A DNA stretch of 64,000 bases from assembly GCF_009914755.1 (NCBI RefSeq), contig NC_060948.1, one strand, 5' to 3'. The DNA comes from the human T2T-CHM13v2.0 reference genome, Homo sapiens. Of this stretch, positions 44,101-57,900 are shown piece after piece. The notes beneath the pieces are model-generated. The model did not search any database. It was given only the letters and a program-made list of their open reading frames with translations, and was not told the DNA's origin. Numbering within the stretch: the stretch's first letter is position 1; every line of letters starts with the position of its first letter. Made by a program: the position numbers and the translations under genes.

Positions 44101-47100
44101 TCCATTCCATTCCTTTCCTTTCCGTTTCATTAGATTCCACTGCGTTCGATTCCATTCAATTCAATTCTGTGCTATTCAGTTTGATTCCTTTCCATTTAAT
44201 TCCATTCCATTAGATAACATTCCGTTCGATTCCATTCCTTTCGAATCCATTCCATTGGAGTCCATTCACTTCCAGAACATTCCATTCCAGTCGAATCCAT
44301 TCGAGTACATTCCATTAAAGTTCATTACATTCTAATACATTCCATTCCATTGCATTCCATTCCATTCCATTCGATGCCATTCGATTCCATTCCATGCCAA
44401 ATCATTGCATTCCTTTCCATTCCGTTCCTGTCAATTGCATTCCATTCGATTTAGTTCGATTCTATTCACTTCCATTCCATTCGATTCCATTCCATTGGAG
44501 TCAATTCCTTTCGACACACAGTCTTTCCAGTCAATGACTTTGGAGCCCATTTTTTTGCATTCCATTACATTCTATGACATTCGATTCCGTTTCATTGCAT
44601 TCCATTCCATAAATTTTTATTCCATTCGAGACCGTAGCATTCCAGTTTATTCCAGCCCTGTCCATTACAATACATTCCCTTCCATTCCAATGAATTCCAT
44701 TCCATTCTAATCCATTCCTTTCCTTTCGCTTGCATTCCATTCTATTCTCTTCTATTCCATACAATTTCACTCCATTCGTTCCCATTCCATTCAAATCCAT
44801 TCCATTCAATTCCATTCCATTTCTTTCCATTCTCTTCGATTCCATTTCTTTATATTCCATGCCATTCGATTCCATTCCATTGGATTGCATTACATTCGAG
44901 TTCATTCCATTCCAGACCATTCCATTTGACTCCATTCCTTTCGAGCCCTTTCAATTTGAGTCCATTCCTTTCCAGTCCATTTCACTCCAGTCCATTCCTA
45001 TCCATTCCATACCATTCCATCCCATTCCATTCCATTCCATTCCACTCCATTGCATTCCATTCCATTCCATTCCATTGCACTGCATTCCATTCCATTACAT
45101 TCTATTCCATTTGAGTCGATTTTATTGCATTAGATTCTATTCCATTGGATTACTTTCCATTCGATTACATTCCATTCATGTACATTCCATTCCAGTCAAT
45201 TACATACGACTTCATTACATTACATGCTAGTATATTCCATTCTATTCGATCCCATTCCTTTCAATTCCATTTCATTCGACTCCATTATATTCAATTCCAT
45301 TCCACTCGAATCCATTCCATTAGAGGACATTTCATTCCAATACATTCCATTCCATTCCATAACATTCCATTGCATTCGATTCCATTCCATTTGATGCCAT
45401 TCCATGACATTCCATTCCATTCGAGTCCATTCCATTCCAATTCATTCCATTCCGTTTCATGAAATTCGAGTCCTTTCCATTCCATTGCATTCCAATCCCT
45501 TCCAATCCAATCTATTCCATTCAATTCCTTTCCATTCCATTTGATTATATTCCATTGATTTGATTCCATTCTGTTTGATTCCATTCCGAGAAATTTCGTT
45601 CCATTCTATTCCATTGCATTACTTTCCATTCAATTCCATTCCATTCCATTTCAGTCCATTCGCTTCCTTTCCTTTCGATTCAATTCCATTTGATTCCACT
45701 CCATTCTATACCATTTAATTCCAATCGATTCAATTCCATTCGATGGCATTCCTTTCGTTTCCATTCTATTCGAGTCCATTCAATTTGAGCCTTCGTGTCC
45801 ATTCTATTCGAGTCCATTCCATTACAGTCTATTCTATTCCCTTCCGTTCCCGTTGATTCAATTTCATTCCCTTCCATTCGATTCCTTTCCTTTCGATTCC
45901 ATTCCTTTCCATTCCATTACATTCGTTCCCATTCCACGTGATTCCATTCCATTCCAGTCCATTATATTCGAGTCCACTCCACTCCATTCTGTTACTTTCA
46001 ATTCCTTTTGAGTCCGTTCCATAACACTCCATTCATTTCGATTCCATTTCCTGCCAGTTTTCTTCCATTTTATTCCATTCCGTTCGATTCCATTCCATTC
46101 GATTGCATTCCATTCGATTACATTCCATTCGAATCCTTTCCATTCCATTTCATTCCATTCCTTTCTATTCCATTCCATTTCATTCGATTTGATTCCATTC
46201 TGTTCTATTCCATTCAATTCTTTTTCATTCCATTCGAATCCTTTCTATTGCAGTCCATTCCATTCGAGTCCATTCCAATCCCTTCCTTTCCATTCCATTA
46301 CAGTCCATTCCAATAGATTCTATTCCTTTGCCTTCCATTCGACTCCATTCCATTCTAGTCCATTCCATTTGAGTCAATTCCATTCCATTCCATTCTATTC
46401 CTTTCGAATCCATTCGATTCCATTCGATTCAATTCCATTTGATTCTCTTTCATTCTATTTTATTCCATGCCATTTGATTGCATTGCATTCCATTCCGTTT
46501 GATTCCAGTCCATTCAAGAAAGTTCCATTCCAGTCCATTGCTTTCGAGACCATTCCATTCCACTCTAGTCTATTCCACTCCATTCCTTTCCATTCCATTC
46601 CATACTTTTCCATTCCATTCCTTTGCATTCCGTTTCCAATCTATTCGAGTCCATTGCATTCCAGTCCAATCCATTCGATTACATTCCTTTTGATTCCCTG
46701 CCAGTCGATTGCATTGCATACTAGACCATTCCAAAGGAGTCCATTCCATTCTATTTCAACACTTTCCATTCCACTCTGTTCGAGTCCATTCCATTCCAGT
46801 CCATTTAATTTAAGGGCATTCCATTCCATTCCATTCCATTTCATATTATTCCATTCCATTCAATTCCATTCCAGATGATTCCATTCCATTCTATGCCATT
46901 GCTCTCTGTTCCATTCCATTACATCTGTCTCCATTCCTTTCGTTTCGATTCCTTTCCATTCCATTCCATTACATTTGATCCTATTTTATTAAATTTCATT
47001 CTATTCGAGTGATTTCCTTTCGAGTCCTTTCCATTCGATTCCATTCCATTCTATTCCATTCCTTTGGATTCCATTCCATTCCGTTCCGTTCACATCCATT

Positions 47101-47400
47101 CCTTGCGATTCCATTACATTGGATTTCTTGCCATTCGATTCCATTCCTTTTGACTCCATTTCATTCGATTCTATTCCATTCCATTAATTTCCATTCCATT
47201 CGAGACCTTTCCATTGCAGTCTTTTCACTTCGAGTCCATTCCGTTCGATACCATTCCATTCGATTCCATTCCATTGGAGTCCATACCAGTCGAGTCCATT
47301 CTATTCCAGTCCATTAGTTTCCACTCCATTGCATTCGAGTGCATTCCATTCCGTGGCTGTTGATTCCATTCCGTTTGATGCCATTCCATACGATTCCATT
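38950..47400 (+). repeat. Block of divergent DYZ1 subfamily monomers (~2.6 units, 3,544-bp spacing)
   Basis: Diagnostic variants absent elsewhere: cacatcc, ttcgaaacc, gagtgcgtacc, ttagataacatt, gacacacagtct, atgactttgga, ccagtttattcc, catgctagt, ctatttcaac. ORF offsets 40417/43961, 41186/44730 and 41601/45145 all equal 3544. Confidence 0.88.
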
Positions 47401-48956
47401 CAATTCGAGACCATTCTATTCCTGTCCATTCCTTGCGGTTCGATTCCATTTCACTCTAGTCCATTCCATTCCATTCAATTCCATTCGACTCTATTCCGTT
47501 CCATTCAATTCCATTCCATTCGATTCCATTTTTGTCGAGATCCTTCCATTACACTCCCTTCCATTCCAGTGCATTCCATTCCAGTCTCTTCAGTTCGATT
47601 CCATTCCATTCGTTTAGATTCCTTTCCATTCCAGCCCATTCCATTCCATTCCATTCCTTTCCTTTCCGTTTCATTAGATTCCATTGCATTCCATTCCATT
47701 CAATTCAATTCCGTGCTATTCAATTTGATTCACTTCCATTTAATTCCATTCCATTAGATTCCATTCCGTACGATTCCATTCCTTTTGAATCCATTCCATT
47801 GGAGTCCATTCACTTCCAGAACATTCCATTCCAGTCGAATCCATTCGAGTACATTCCATTAAAGTTCATTACATTCTAATACATTCCATTCCATTGCATT
47901 CCATTCCATTCCATTCGATGCCATTCGATTCCATTCCATGCCAAATCATTGCATTCCTTTCCATTCCGTTCCTATCAATTCCATTCCATTCGATTTAGTT
48001 CGATTCTATTCACTTCCATTCCATTCGATTCCATTCCATTGGAGTCAATTCCTTTCGACACCCAGCCTTTCCAGTCAATGATTTTGGATTCCATTTTTTT
48101 GCATTCCATTACATTCTATGACATTCGATTCCGTTTCATTGCATTCCATTCCATACATTTTTATTCCATTCGAGACCGTAGCATTCCACTTTATTCCAGG
48201 CCTGTCCATTACACTACATTCCCTTCCATTCCAATGAATTCCATTCCATTCCAATCCATTCCTTTCCTTTCGCTTGCATTCCATTCTATTCCCTTCTACT
48301 GCATACAATTTCACTCCATTCGTTCCCATTCCATTCAATTCCATTCCATTCAATTCCATTCCATTTGTTTCCATTCTCTTCGATTCCATTTCTTTATATT
48401 CCATGCCATTCGAATCCATTCTATTGGATTGCATTACATTCGTGTTCATTCCATTCCAGACCATTCCATTTGACTCCATTCCTTTCGAGCCCTTTCAATT
48501 TGAGTCCATTCCTTTCCAGTCCATTTCACTCCAGTCCATTACTATCCATTCCATCCCATTCCATACCATTCCATTCCATTCCATTCCATTCCATTCCATT
48601 CCATTCCATTCCATTGCATTCCATTCCAATCCATTCCATTGCACTGCACTCCATTCCATTACATTCTACTCTATCTGAGTCGGTTTTATTGCATTAGATT
48701 CTATTCCATTGGATTACTTTCCATTCGATTACATTCCATTCATGTACATTCCATTCCAGTCAATTACATTCGAGTTCATTACATTACATTCCAGTATATT
48801 CCATTGTATTCGATCCCATTCCTTTCAATTCCATTTCATTCGACTCCATTATATTCGATTCCATTCCACTCGAATCCTTTCCATTAGAGGACATTCCATT
48901 CCAGTGCATTCCATTCCATTCCATAGCATTCCATTGCATTCGATTCCATTCCATTT

Positions 48957-51900
48957 GATGCCATTCCATTTGATGCCATTCCATGACATTCCATTCCATT
49001 CGAGTCCATTCCGTTCCAATTCATTCCATTCCGTTTCATGAAATTCGAGTCCTTTCCAGTACATTTCATTCCAATCCCATCCAATCCCATCTACTCCATT
49101 CAATTCCTTTCCATTCCATTTGATTTGATTCCATTGACTTGATTCCATTCATTTTGATTCCATTCCTTGAAATTTCGTTCCATTCTATTCCATTGCATTA
49201 CTTTCCATTCCATTCCATTCCATTTCATTTCAGTCCATTCGCTTCCTTTCCTTTCGATTCAATTCCATTTGATTCCACTCCATTCTATGCGATTTCATTC
49301 CAATCGATTCAATTCCATTCGATGACATTCCTTTCGTTTCCATTCCATTCGAGTCCATTCAATTTGAGCATTCGTGTCCATTCTATTCGAGTCCATTCCA
49401 TTACCGTCTATTCTATTCCCTTCCATTCCTGTTGATTCAATTTCATTCCCTTCCATTCGATTCCTTTCCATTCGATTCCATTCCTTTCCATTCCATTCCA
49501 TTCGTTCCCATTCCATGTGATTTCATTCCATTCCAGTCCATTATATTCGAGTCCACTCCACTCCATTCTATTACATTCAATTCCTTTTGAGTCCGTTCCA
49601 TAACACTCCATTCATTTCGATTCCATTTCTTGCCAGTTTTCTTCCATTTTATTCCTTTCCGTTCGATTCCATTCCATTCGATTGCATTCCATTCGAATCC
49701 TTTCCATTCCATTTCATTCCATTCCTTTCTATTCCATTCCATTTCATTCGATTTGATTCCATTCTGTTCTATTCCATTCAATTCTTTTTCATTCCATTCG
49801 AATCCTTTCTATTGCAGTCCATTCCAATCCCTTCCATTCCATTCCATTACAGTCCATTCCAATAGATTCCATTCCTTTGCCTTCCATTCGAATCCATTCC
49901 ATTCTAGTCCATTCCATTTGAGTCAATTCCATTCCATTCCATTCTATTCCTTTCCAATCCATTCGATTCCATTCGATTCAATTCCATTTGATTCTCTTTC
50001 ATTCTATTTTATTCCATGCCATTTGATTGCATTGCATTCCATTCCGTTTGATTCCAGTCCATTCAAGAAAGTTCCATTCCAGTCCATTGCTTTCCAGTCC
50101 ATTCCATTCCACTCTAGTCTATTCCACTCCATTCCTTTCCATTCCATTCCATACTATTCCATTCCATTCCTTTGCATTCCGTTTCCAATCTATTCGAGTC
50201 CATTGCATTCCACTCCAATCCATTCGATTACATTCCTTTTGATTCCCTGCCAGTCGATTGCATTGCATACTACACCATTCCAAAGGAGTCCATTCCATTC
50301 TATCTCAAAACTTTCCATTCCACTCTGTTCGAGTCCATTCCATTCCAGTCCATTTAATTCAAGGGCATTCCATTCCATTCCATTCCATTCCATTTCATAT
50401 TATTCCATTCCATTCAATTCCATTCCAGATGATTCCATTCCATTCTATACCATTGCTCTCTGTTCCATTCCATTCCATCTGTCTCCATTCCTTTCGTTTC
50501 GATTCCTTTCCATTCCATTCCATTACATTTGATCCTATTTTATTAAATTGCATTCTATTCGAGTGATTTCCATTCGAGTCCTTTCCATTCGATTCCATTC
50601 CATTCTATTCCATTCCTTTGGATTCCATTCTATTCCGTTCCGTTCACATCAATTCCTTGCGATTCCATTACATTCGATTTCTTGCCATTCGATTCCATTC
50701 CTTTTGACTCCATTTCATTCGATTCCATTCCATTCCATTAATTTCCATTCCATTCGAGACCTTTCCATTGCAGTCTTTTCCCTTCGAGTCCATTCCGTTC
50801 GATTCCCTTCCATTCGATTCCATTCCATTGGAGTCTGTACCAGTCGAGTCCATTCTATTCCAGTCCATTAGTTTCGACTCCATTGCATTCGAGTGCATTC
50901 CATTCCGTGGCTGTCCATTCCATTCCGTTTGATGCCATTCCATACGATTCATTTCAATTCGAGACCATTCTATTCCTGTCCATTCCTTGTGGTTCGATTC
51001 CATTTCACTCTAGTCCATTCCATTCCATTCAATTCCATTCGACTCTATTCCGTTCCATTCAATTCCATTCCATTCGATTCCATTTTTTTCGAGAACCTTC
51101 CATTACACTCCCTTCCATTCCAGTGCATTCCATTCCAGTCTTTTCAGTTCGATTCCATTCCATTCGTTTCGATTCCTTTCCATTCCAGCCCATTCCATTC
51201 CATTCCATTCCTTTCCTTTCCGTTTCATTAGATTCCATTGCATTCCATTCCATTCAATTCAATTCCGTGCTATTCAATTTGATTCACTTCCATTTAATTC
51301 CATTCCATTAGATTCCATTCCGTACGATTCCATTCCTTTTGAATCCATTCCATTGGAGTCCATTCACTTCCAGAACATTCCATTCCAGTCGAATCCATTC
51401 GAGTACATTCCATTAAAGTTCATTACATTCTAATACATTCCATTCCATTGCATTGCATTCCATTCCATTCGATGCCATTCGATTCCATTCCATGCCAAAT
51501 CATTGCATTCCTTTCCATTCCGTTCCTATCAATTCCATTCCATTCGATTTAGTTCGATTCTATTCACTTCCATTCCATTCGATTCCATTCCATTGGAGTC
51601 AATTCCTTTCGACACCCAGCCTTTGCAGTCAATGATTTTGGATTCCATTTTTTTGCATTCCATTACATTCTATGACATTCGATTCCGTTTCATTGCATTC
51701 CATTCCATACATTTTTAGTCCATTCGAGACCGTAGCATTCCACTTTATTCCAGGCCTGTCCATTACACTACATTCCCTTCCATTCCAATGAATTCCATTC
51801 CATTCCAATCCATTCCTTTCCTTTCGCTTGCATTCCATTCTATTCCCTTCTACTGCATACAATTTCACTCATTCGTTCCCATTCCATTCAATTCCATTCC

Positions 51901-54900
51901 ATTCAATTCCATTCCATTTGTTTCCATTCTCTTCGATTCCATTTCTTTATATTCCATGCCATTCGATTCCATTCTATTGGATTGCATTACATTCGTGTTC
52001 ATTCCATTCCAGACCATTCCATTTGACTCCATTCCTTTCGAGCCCTTTCAATTTGAGTCCATTCCTTTCCAGTCCATTTCACTCCAGTCCATTACTATCC
52101 ATTCCATCCCATTCCATCCCATTCCATTCCATTCCATTCCATTCCATTCCATTCCGTTCCATTCCATTGCATTCCATTCCATTCCATTCCATTGCAGTGC
52201 ACTCCATTCCATTACATTCTACTCTATCTGAGTCGGTTTTATTGCATTAGATTCTATTCCATTGGATTACTTTCCATTCGATTACATTCCATTCATGTAC
52301 ATTCCATTCCAGTCAATTACATTCGAGTTCATTACATTACATTCCAGTATATTCCATTGTATTCGATCCCATTCCTTTCAATTCCATTTCATTCGACTCC
52401 ATTATATTCGATTCCATTCCACTCGAATCCATTCCATTAGAGGACATTCCATTCCAATGCATTCCATTCCATTCCATCACATTCCATTGCATTCGATTCC
52501 ATTCCATTTGATGCCATTCCATTTGATGCCATTCCATGACATTCCATTCCATTCGAGTCCATTCCGTTCCAATTCATTCCATTCCGTTTCATGAAATTCG
52601 AGTCCTTTCCAGTACATTTCATTCCAATCCCATCCAATCCAATCTACTCCATTCAATTCCTTTCCATTCCATTTGATTTGATTCCATTGATTTGATTCCA
52701 TTCAGTTTGATTCCATTCCGTGAAATTTCGTTCCATTCTATTCCATTGCATTACTTTCCATTCAATTCCATTCCATTTCATTTCAGTCCATTCGCTTCCT
52801 TTCCTTTCGATTCAATTCCATTTGATTCCACTCCATTCTATGCGATTTCATTCCAATCGATTCAATTCCATTGGATGACATTCCTTTCGTTTCCATTCCT
52901 TTCGAGTCCATTCAATTTGAGCATTCGTGTCCATTCTATTCGAGTCCATTCCATTACCGTCTATTCTATTCCCTTCCATTCCTGTTGATTCAATTTCATT
53001 CCCTTCCATTCGATTCCTTTCCATTCGATTCCATTCCTTTCCATTCCATTCCATTCGTTCCCATTCCATGTGATTTCATTCCATTCCAGTCCATTATATT
53101 CGAGTCCACTCCACTCCATTCTATTACATTCAATTCCTTTTGAGTCCGTTCCATAACACTCCATTCATTTCGATTCCATTTCTTGCCAGTTTTCTTCCAT
53201 TTTATTCCATTCCGTTCGATTCCATTCCATTCGATTGCATTCCATTCGAATCCTTTCCATTCCATTTCATTCCATTCCTTTCTATTCCATTCCATTTCAT
53301 TCGATTTGATTCCATTCTGCTCTATTCCATTCAATTCTTTTTCATTCCATTCGAATCCTTTCTATTGCAGTCCATTCCATTCGAGTCCATTCCAATCCCT
53401 TCCATTCCATTCCATTACAGTCCATTCCAATAGATTCCATTCCTTTGCCTTCCATTCGAATCCATTCCATTCTAGTCCATTCCATTTGAGTCAATTCCAT
53501 TCCATTCCATTCTATTCCTTTCCAATCCATTCGATTCCATTCGATTCAATTCCATTTGATTCTCTTTCATTCTATTTTATTCCATGCCATTTGATTGCAT
53601 TGCATTCCATTCCGTTGGATTCCAGTCCATTCAAGAAAGTTCCATTCCAGTCCATTGCTTTCCAGTCCATTCCATTCCACTCTAGTCTATTCCACTCCAT
53701 TCCTTTCCATTCCATTCCATACTATTCCATTCCATTCCTTTGCATTCCGTTTCCAATCTATTCGAGTCCATTGCATTCCAGTCCAATCCATTCCATTACA
53801 TTCCTTTTGATTCCCTGCCAGTCGATTGCATTGCATACTACACCATTCCAAAGGAGTCCATTCCATTCTATCTCAACACTTTCCATTCCACTCTGTTCGA
53901 GTCCATTCCATTCCAGTCCATTTAATTCAAGGGCATTCCATTCCATTCCATTCCATTCCATTTCATATTATTCCATTCCATTCAATTCCATTCCAGATGA
54001 TTCCATTCCATTCTATACCATTGCTCTCTGTTCCATTCCATTCCATCTGTCTCCATTCCTTTCGTTTCGATTCCTTTCCATTCCATTCCATTCCATTTGA
54101 TCCTATTTTATTAAGTTGCATTCTATTCGAGTGATTTCCATTCGAGTCCTTTCCATTCGATTCCATTCCATTCTATTCCATTCCTTTGGATTCCATTCCA
54201 TTCCGTTCCGTTCACATCAATTAATTGCGATTCCATTACATTCGATTTCTTGCCATTTGATTCCATTCCTTTTGACTCCATTTCATTCGATTCCATTCCA
54301 TTCCATTAATTTCCATTCCATTCGAGACCTTTCCATTGCAGTCTTTTCCCTTCGAGTCCATTCCGTTCGATTCCCTTCCATTCGATTCCATTCCATTGGA
54401 GTCCGTACCAGTCGAGTCCATTCTATTCCAGTCCATTAGTTTCGACTCCATTGCATTCGAGTGCATTCCATTCCGTGGCTGTCCATTCCATTCCGTTTGA
54501 TGCCATTCCATACGATTCCGTTCAATTCGAGACCATTCTATTCCTGTCCATTCCTTGTGGTTCGATTCCATTTCACTCTAGTCCATTCCATTCCATTCAA
54601 TTCCATTCGACTCTATTCCGTTCCATTCAATTCCATTCCATTCGATTCCATTTTTTTCGAGAACCTTCCATTACACTCCCTTCCATTCCAGTGCATTCCA
54701 TTCCAGTCTCTTCAGTTCGATTCCATTCCATTCGTTTCGATTCCTTTCCATTCCAGCCCATTCCATTCCATTCCATTCCTTTCCTTTCCGTTTCATTAGA
54801 TTCCATTGCATTCCATTCCATTCAATTCAATTCCGTGCTATTCAATTTGATTCACTTCCATTTAATTCCATTCCATTAGATTCCATTCCGTACGATTCCA

Positions 54901-57900
54901 TTCCTTTTGAATCCATTCCATTGGAGTCCATTCACTTCCAGAACATTCCATTCCAGTCGAATCCATTCGAGTACATTCCATTAAAGTTCATTACATTCTA
55001 ATACATTCCATTCCATTGCATTCCATTCCATTCCATTCGATGCCATTCGATTCCATTCCATGCCAAATCATTGCATTCCTTTCCATTCCGTTCCTATCAA
55101 TTCCATTCCATTCGATTTAGTTCGATTCTATTCACTTCCATTCCATTCGATTCCATTCCATTGGAGTCAATTCCTTTCGACACCCAGCCTTTCCAGTCAA
55201 TGATTTTGGATTCCATTTTTTTGCATTCCATTACATTCTATGACATTCGATTCCGTTTCATTGCATTCCATTCCATACATTTTTAGTCCATTCGAGACCG
55301 TAGCATTCCACTTTATTCCAGGCCTGTCCATTACACTACATTCCCTTCCATTCCAATGAATTCCATTCCATTCCAATCCATTCCTTTCCTTTCGCTTGCA
55401 TTCCATTCTATTCCCTTCTACTGCATACAATTTCACTCATTCGTTCCCATTCCATTCAATTCCATTCCATTCAATTCCATTCCATTTGTTTCCATTCTCT
55501 TCGATTCCATTTCTTTATATTCCATGCCATTCGAATCCATTCTATTGGATTGCATTACATTCGTGTTCATTCCATTCCAGACCATTCCATTTGACTCCAT
55601 TCCTTTCGAGCCCTTTCAATTTGAGTCCATTCCTTTCCAGTCCATTTCACTCCAGTCCATTACTATCCATTCCATCCCATTCCATCCCATTCCATTCCAT
55701 TCCATTCCATTCCATTCCATTCCATTCCGTTCCATTCCATTGCATTCCATTCCATTCCATTCCATTGCACTGCACTCCATTCCATTACATTCTACTCTAT
55801 CTGAGTCGGTTTTATTGCATTAGATTCTATTCCATTGGATTACTTTCCATTCGATTACATTCCATTCATGTACATTCCATTCCAGTCAATTACATTCGAG
55901 TTCATTACATTACATTCCAGTATATTCCATTGTATTCGATCCCATTCCTTTCAATTCCATTTCATTCGACTCCATTATATTCGATTCCATTCCACTCGAA
56001 TCCATTCCATTAGAGGACATTCCATTCCAATGCATTCCATTCCATTCCATCACATTCCATTGCATTCGATTCCATTCCATTTGATGCCATTCCATTTGAT
56101 GCCATTCCATGACATTCCATTCCATTCGAGTCCATTCCGTTCCAATTCATTCCATTCCGTTTCATGAAATTCGAGTCCTTTCCAGTACATTTCATTCCAA
56201 TCCCATCCAATCCAATCTACTCCATTCAATTCCTTTCCATTCCATTTGATTTGATTCCATTGATTTGATTCCATTCAGTTTGATTCCATTCCGTGAAATT
56301 TCGTTCCATTCTATTCCATTGCATTACTTTCCATTCAATTCCATTCCATTTCATTTCAGTCCATTCGCTTCCTTTCCTTTCGATTCAATTCCATTTGATT
56401 CCACTCCATTCTATGCGATTTCATTCCAATCGATTCAATTCCATTGGATGACATTCCTTTCGTTTCCATTCCTTTCGAGTCCATTCAATTTGAGCATTCG
56501 TGTCCATTCTATTCGAGTCCATTCCATTACCGTCTATTCTATTCCCTTCCATTCCTGTTGATTCAATTTCATTCCCTTCCATTCGATTCCTTTCCATTCG
56601 ATTCCATTCCTTTCCATTCCATTCCATTCGTTCCCATTCCATGTGATTTCATTCCATTCCAGTCCATTATATTCGAGTCCACTCCACTCCATTCTATTAC
56701 ATTCAATTCCTTTTGAGTCCGTTCCATAACACTCCATTCATTTCGATTCCATTTCTTGCCAGTTTTCTTCCATTTTATTCCATTCCGTTCGATTCCATTC
56801 CATTCGATTGCATTCCATTCGAATCCTTTCCATTCCATTTCATTCCATTCCTTTCTATTCCATTCCATTTCATTCGATTTGATTCCATTCTGTTCTATTC
56901 CATTCAATTCTTTTTCATTCCATTCGAATCCTTTCTATTGCAGTCCATTCCATTCGAGTCCATTCCAATCCCTTCCATTCCATTCCATTACAGTCCATTC
57001 CAATAGATTCCATTCCTTTGCCTTCCATTCGAATCCATTCCATTCTAGTCCATTCCATTTGAGTCAATTCCATTCCATTCCATTCTATTCCTTTCCAATC
57101 CATTCGATTCCATTCGATTCAATTCCATTTGATTCTCTTTCATTCTATTTTATTCCATGCCATTTGATTGCATTGCATTCCATTCCGTTGGATTCCAGTC
57201 CATTCAAGAAAGTTCCATTCCAGTCCATTGCTTTCCAGTCCATTCCATTCCACTCTAGTCTATTCCACTCCATTCCTTTCCATTCCATTCCATACTATTC
57301 CATTCCATTCCTTTGCATTCCGTTTCCAATCTATTCGAGTCCATTGCATTCCAGTCCAATCCATTCCATTACATTCCTTTTGATTCCCTGCCAGTCGATT
57401 GCATTGCATACTACACCATTCCAAAGGAGTCCATTCCATTCTATCTCAACACTTTCCATTCCACTCTGTTCGAGTCCATTCCATTCCAGTCCATTTAATT
57501 CAAGGGCATTCCATTCCATTCCATTCCATTCCATTTCATATTATTCCATTCCATTCAATTCCATTCCAGATGATTCCATTCCATTCTATACCATTGCTCT
57601 CTGTTCCATTCCATTCCATCTGTCTCCATTCCTTTCGTTTCGATTCCTTTCCATTCCATTCCATTCCATTTGATCCTATTTTATTAAGTTGCATTCTATT
57701 CGAGTGATTTCCATTCGAGTCCTTTCCATTCGATTCCATTCCATTCTATTCCATTCCTTTGGATTCCATTCCATTCCGTTCCGTTCACATCAATTAATTG
57801 CGATTCCATTACATTCGATTTCTTGCCATTTGATTCCATTCCTTTTGACTCCATTTCATTCGATTCCATTCCATTCCATTAATTTCCATTCCATTCGAGA

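Larger units (their letters stand above)
1..48956 (+). repeat. One full period of a 14-monomer higher-order repeat / segmental tandem duplication (48,956 bp; phase set arbitrarily by the window edge)
   Basis: Constant offset of 48,956 for every ORF pair checked (183/49139, 3736/52692, 7309/56265, 10873/59829, 14442/63398), with monomer-private variants reproduced in order. Confidence 0.93.
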
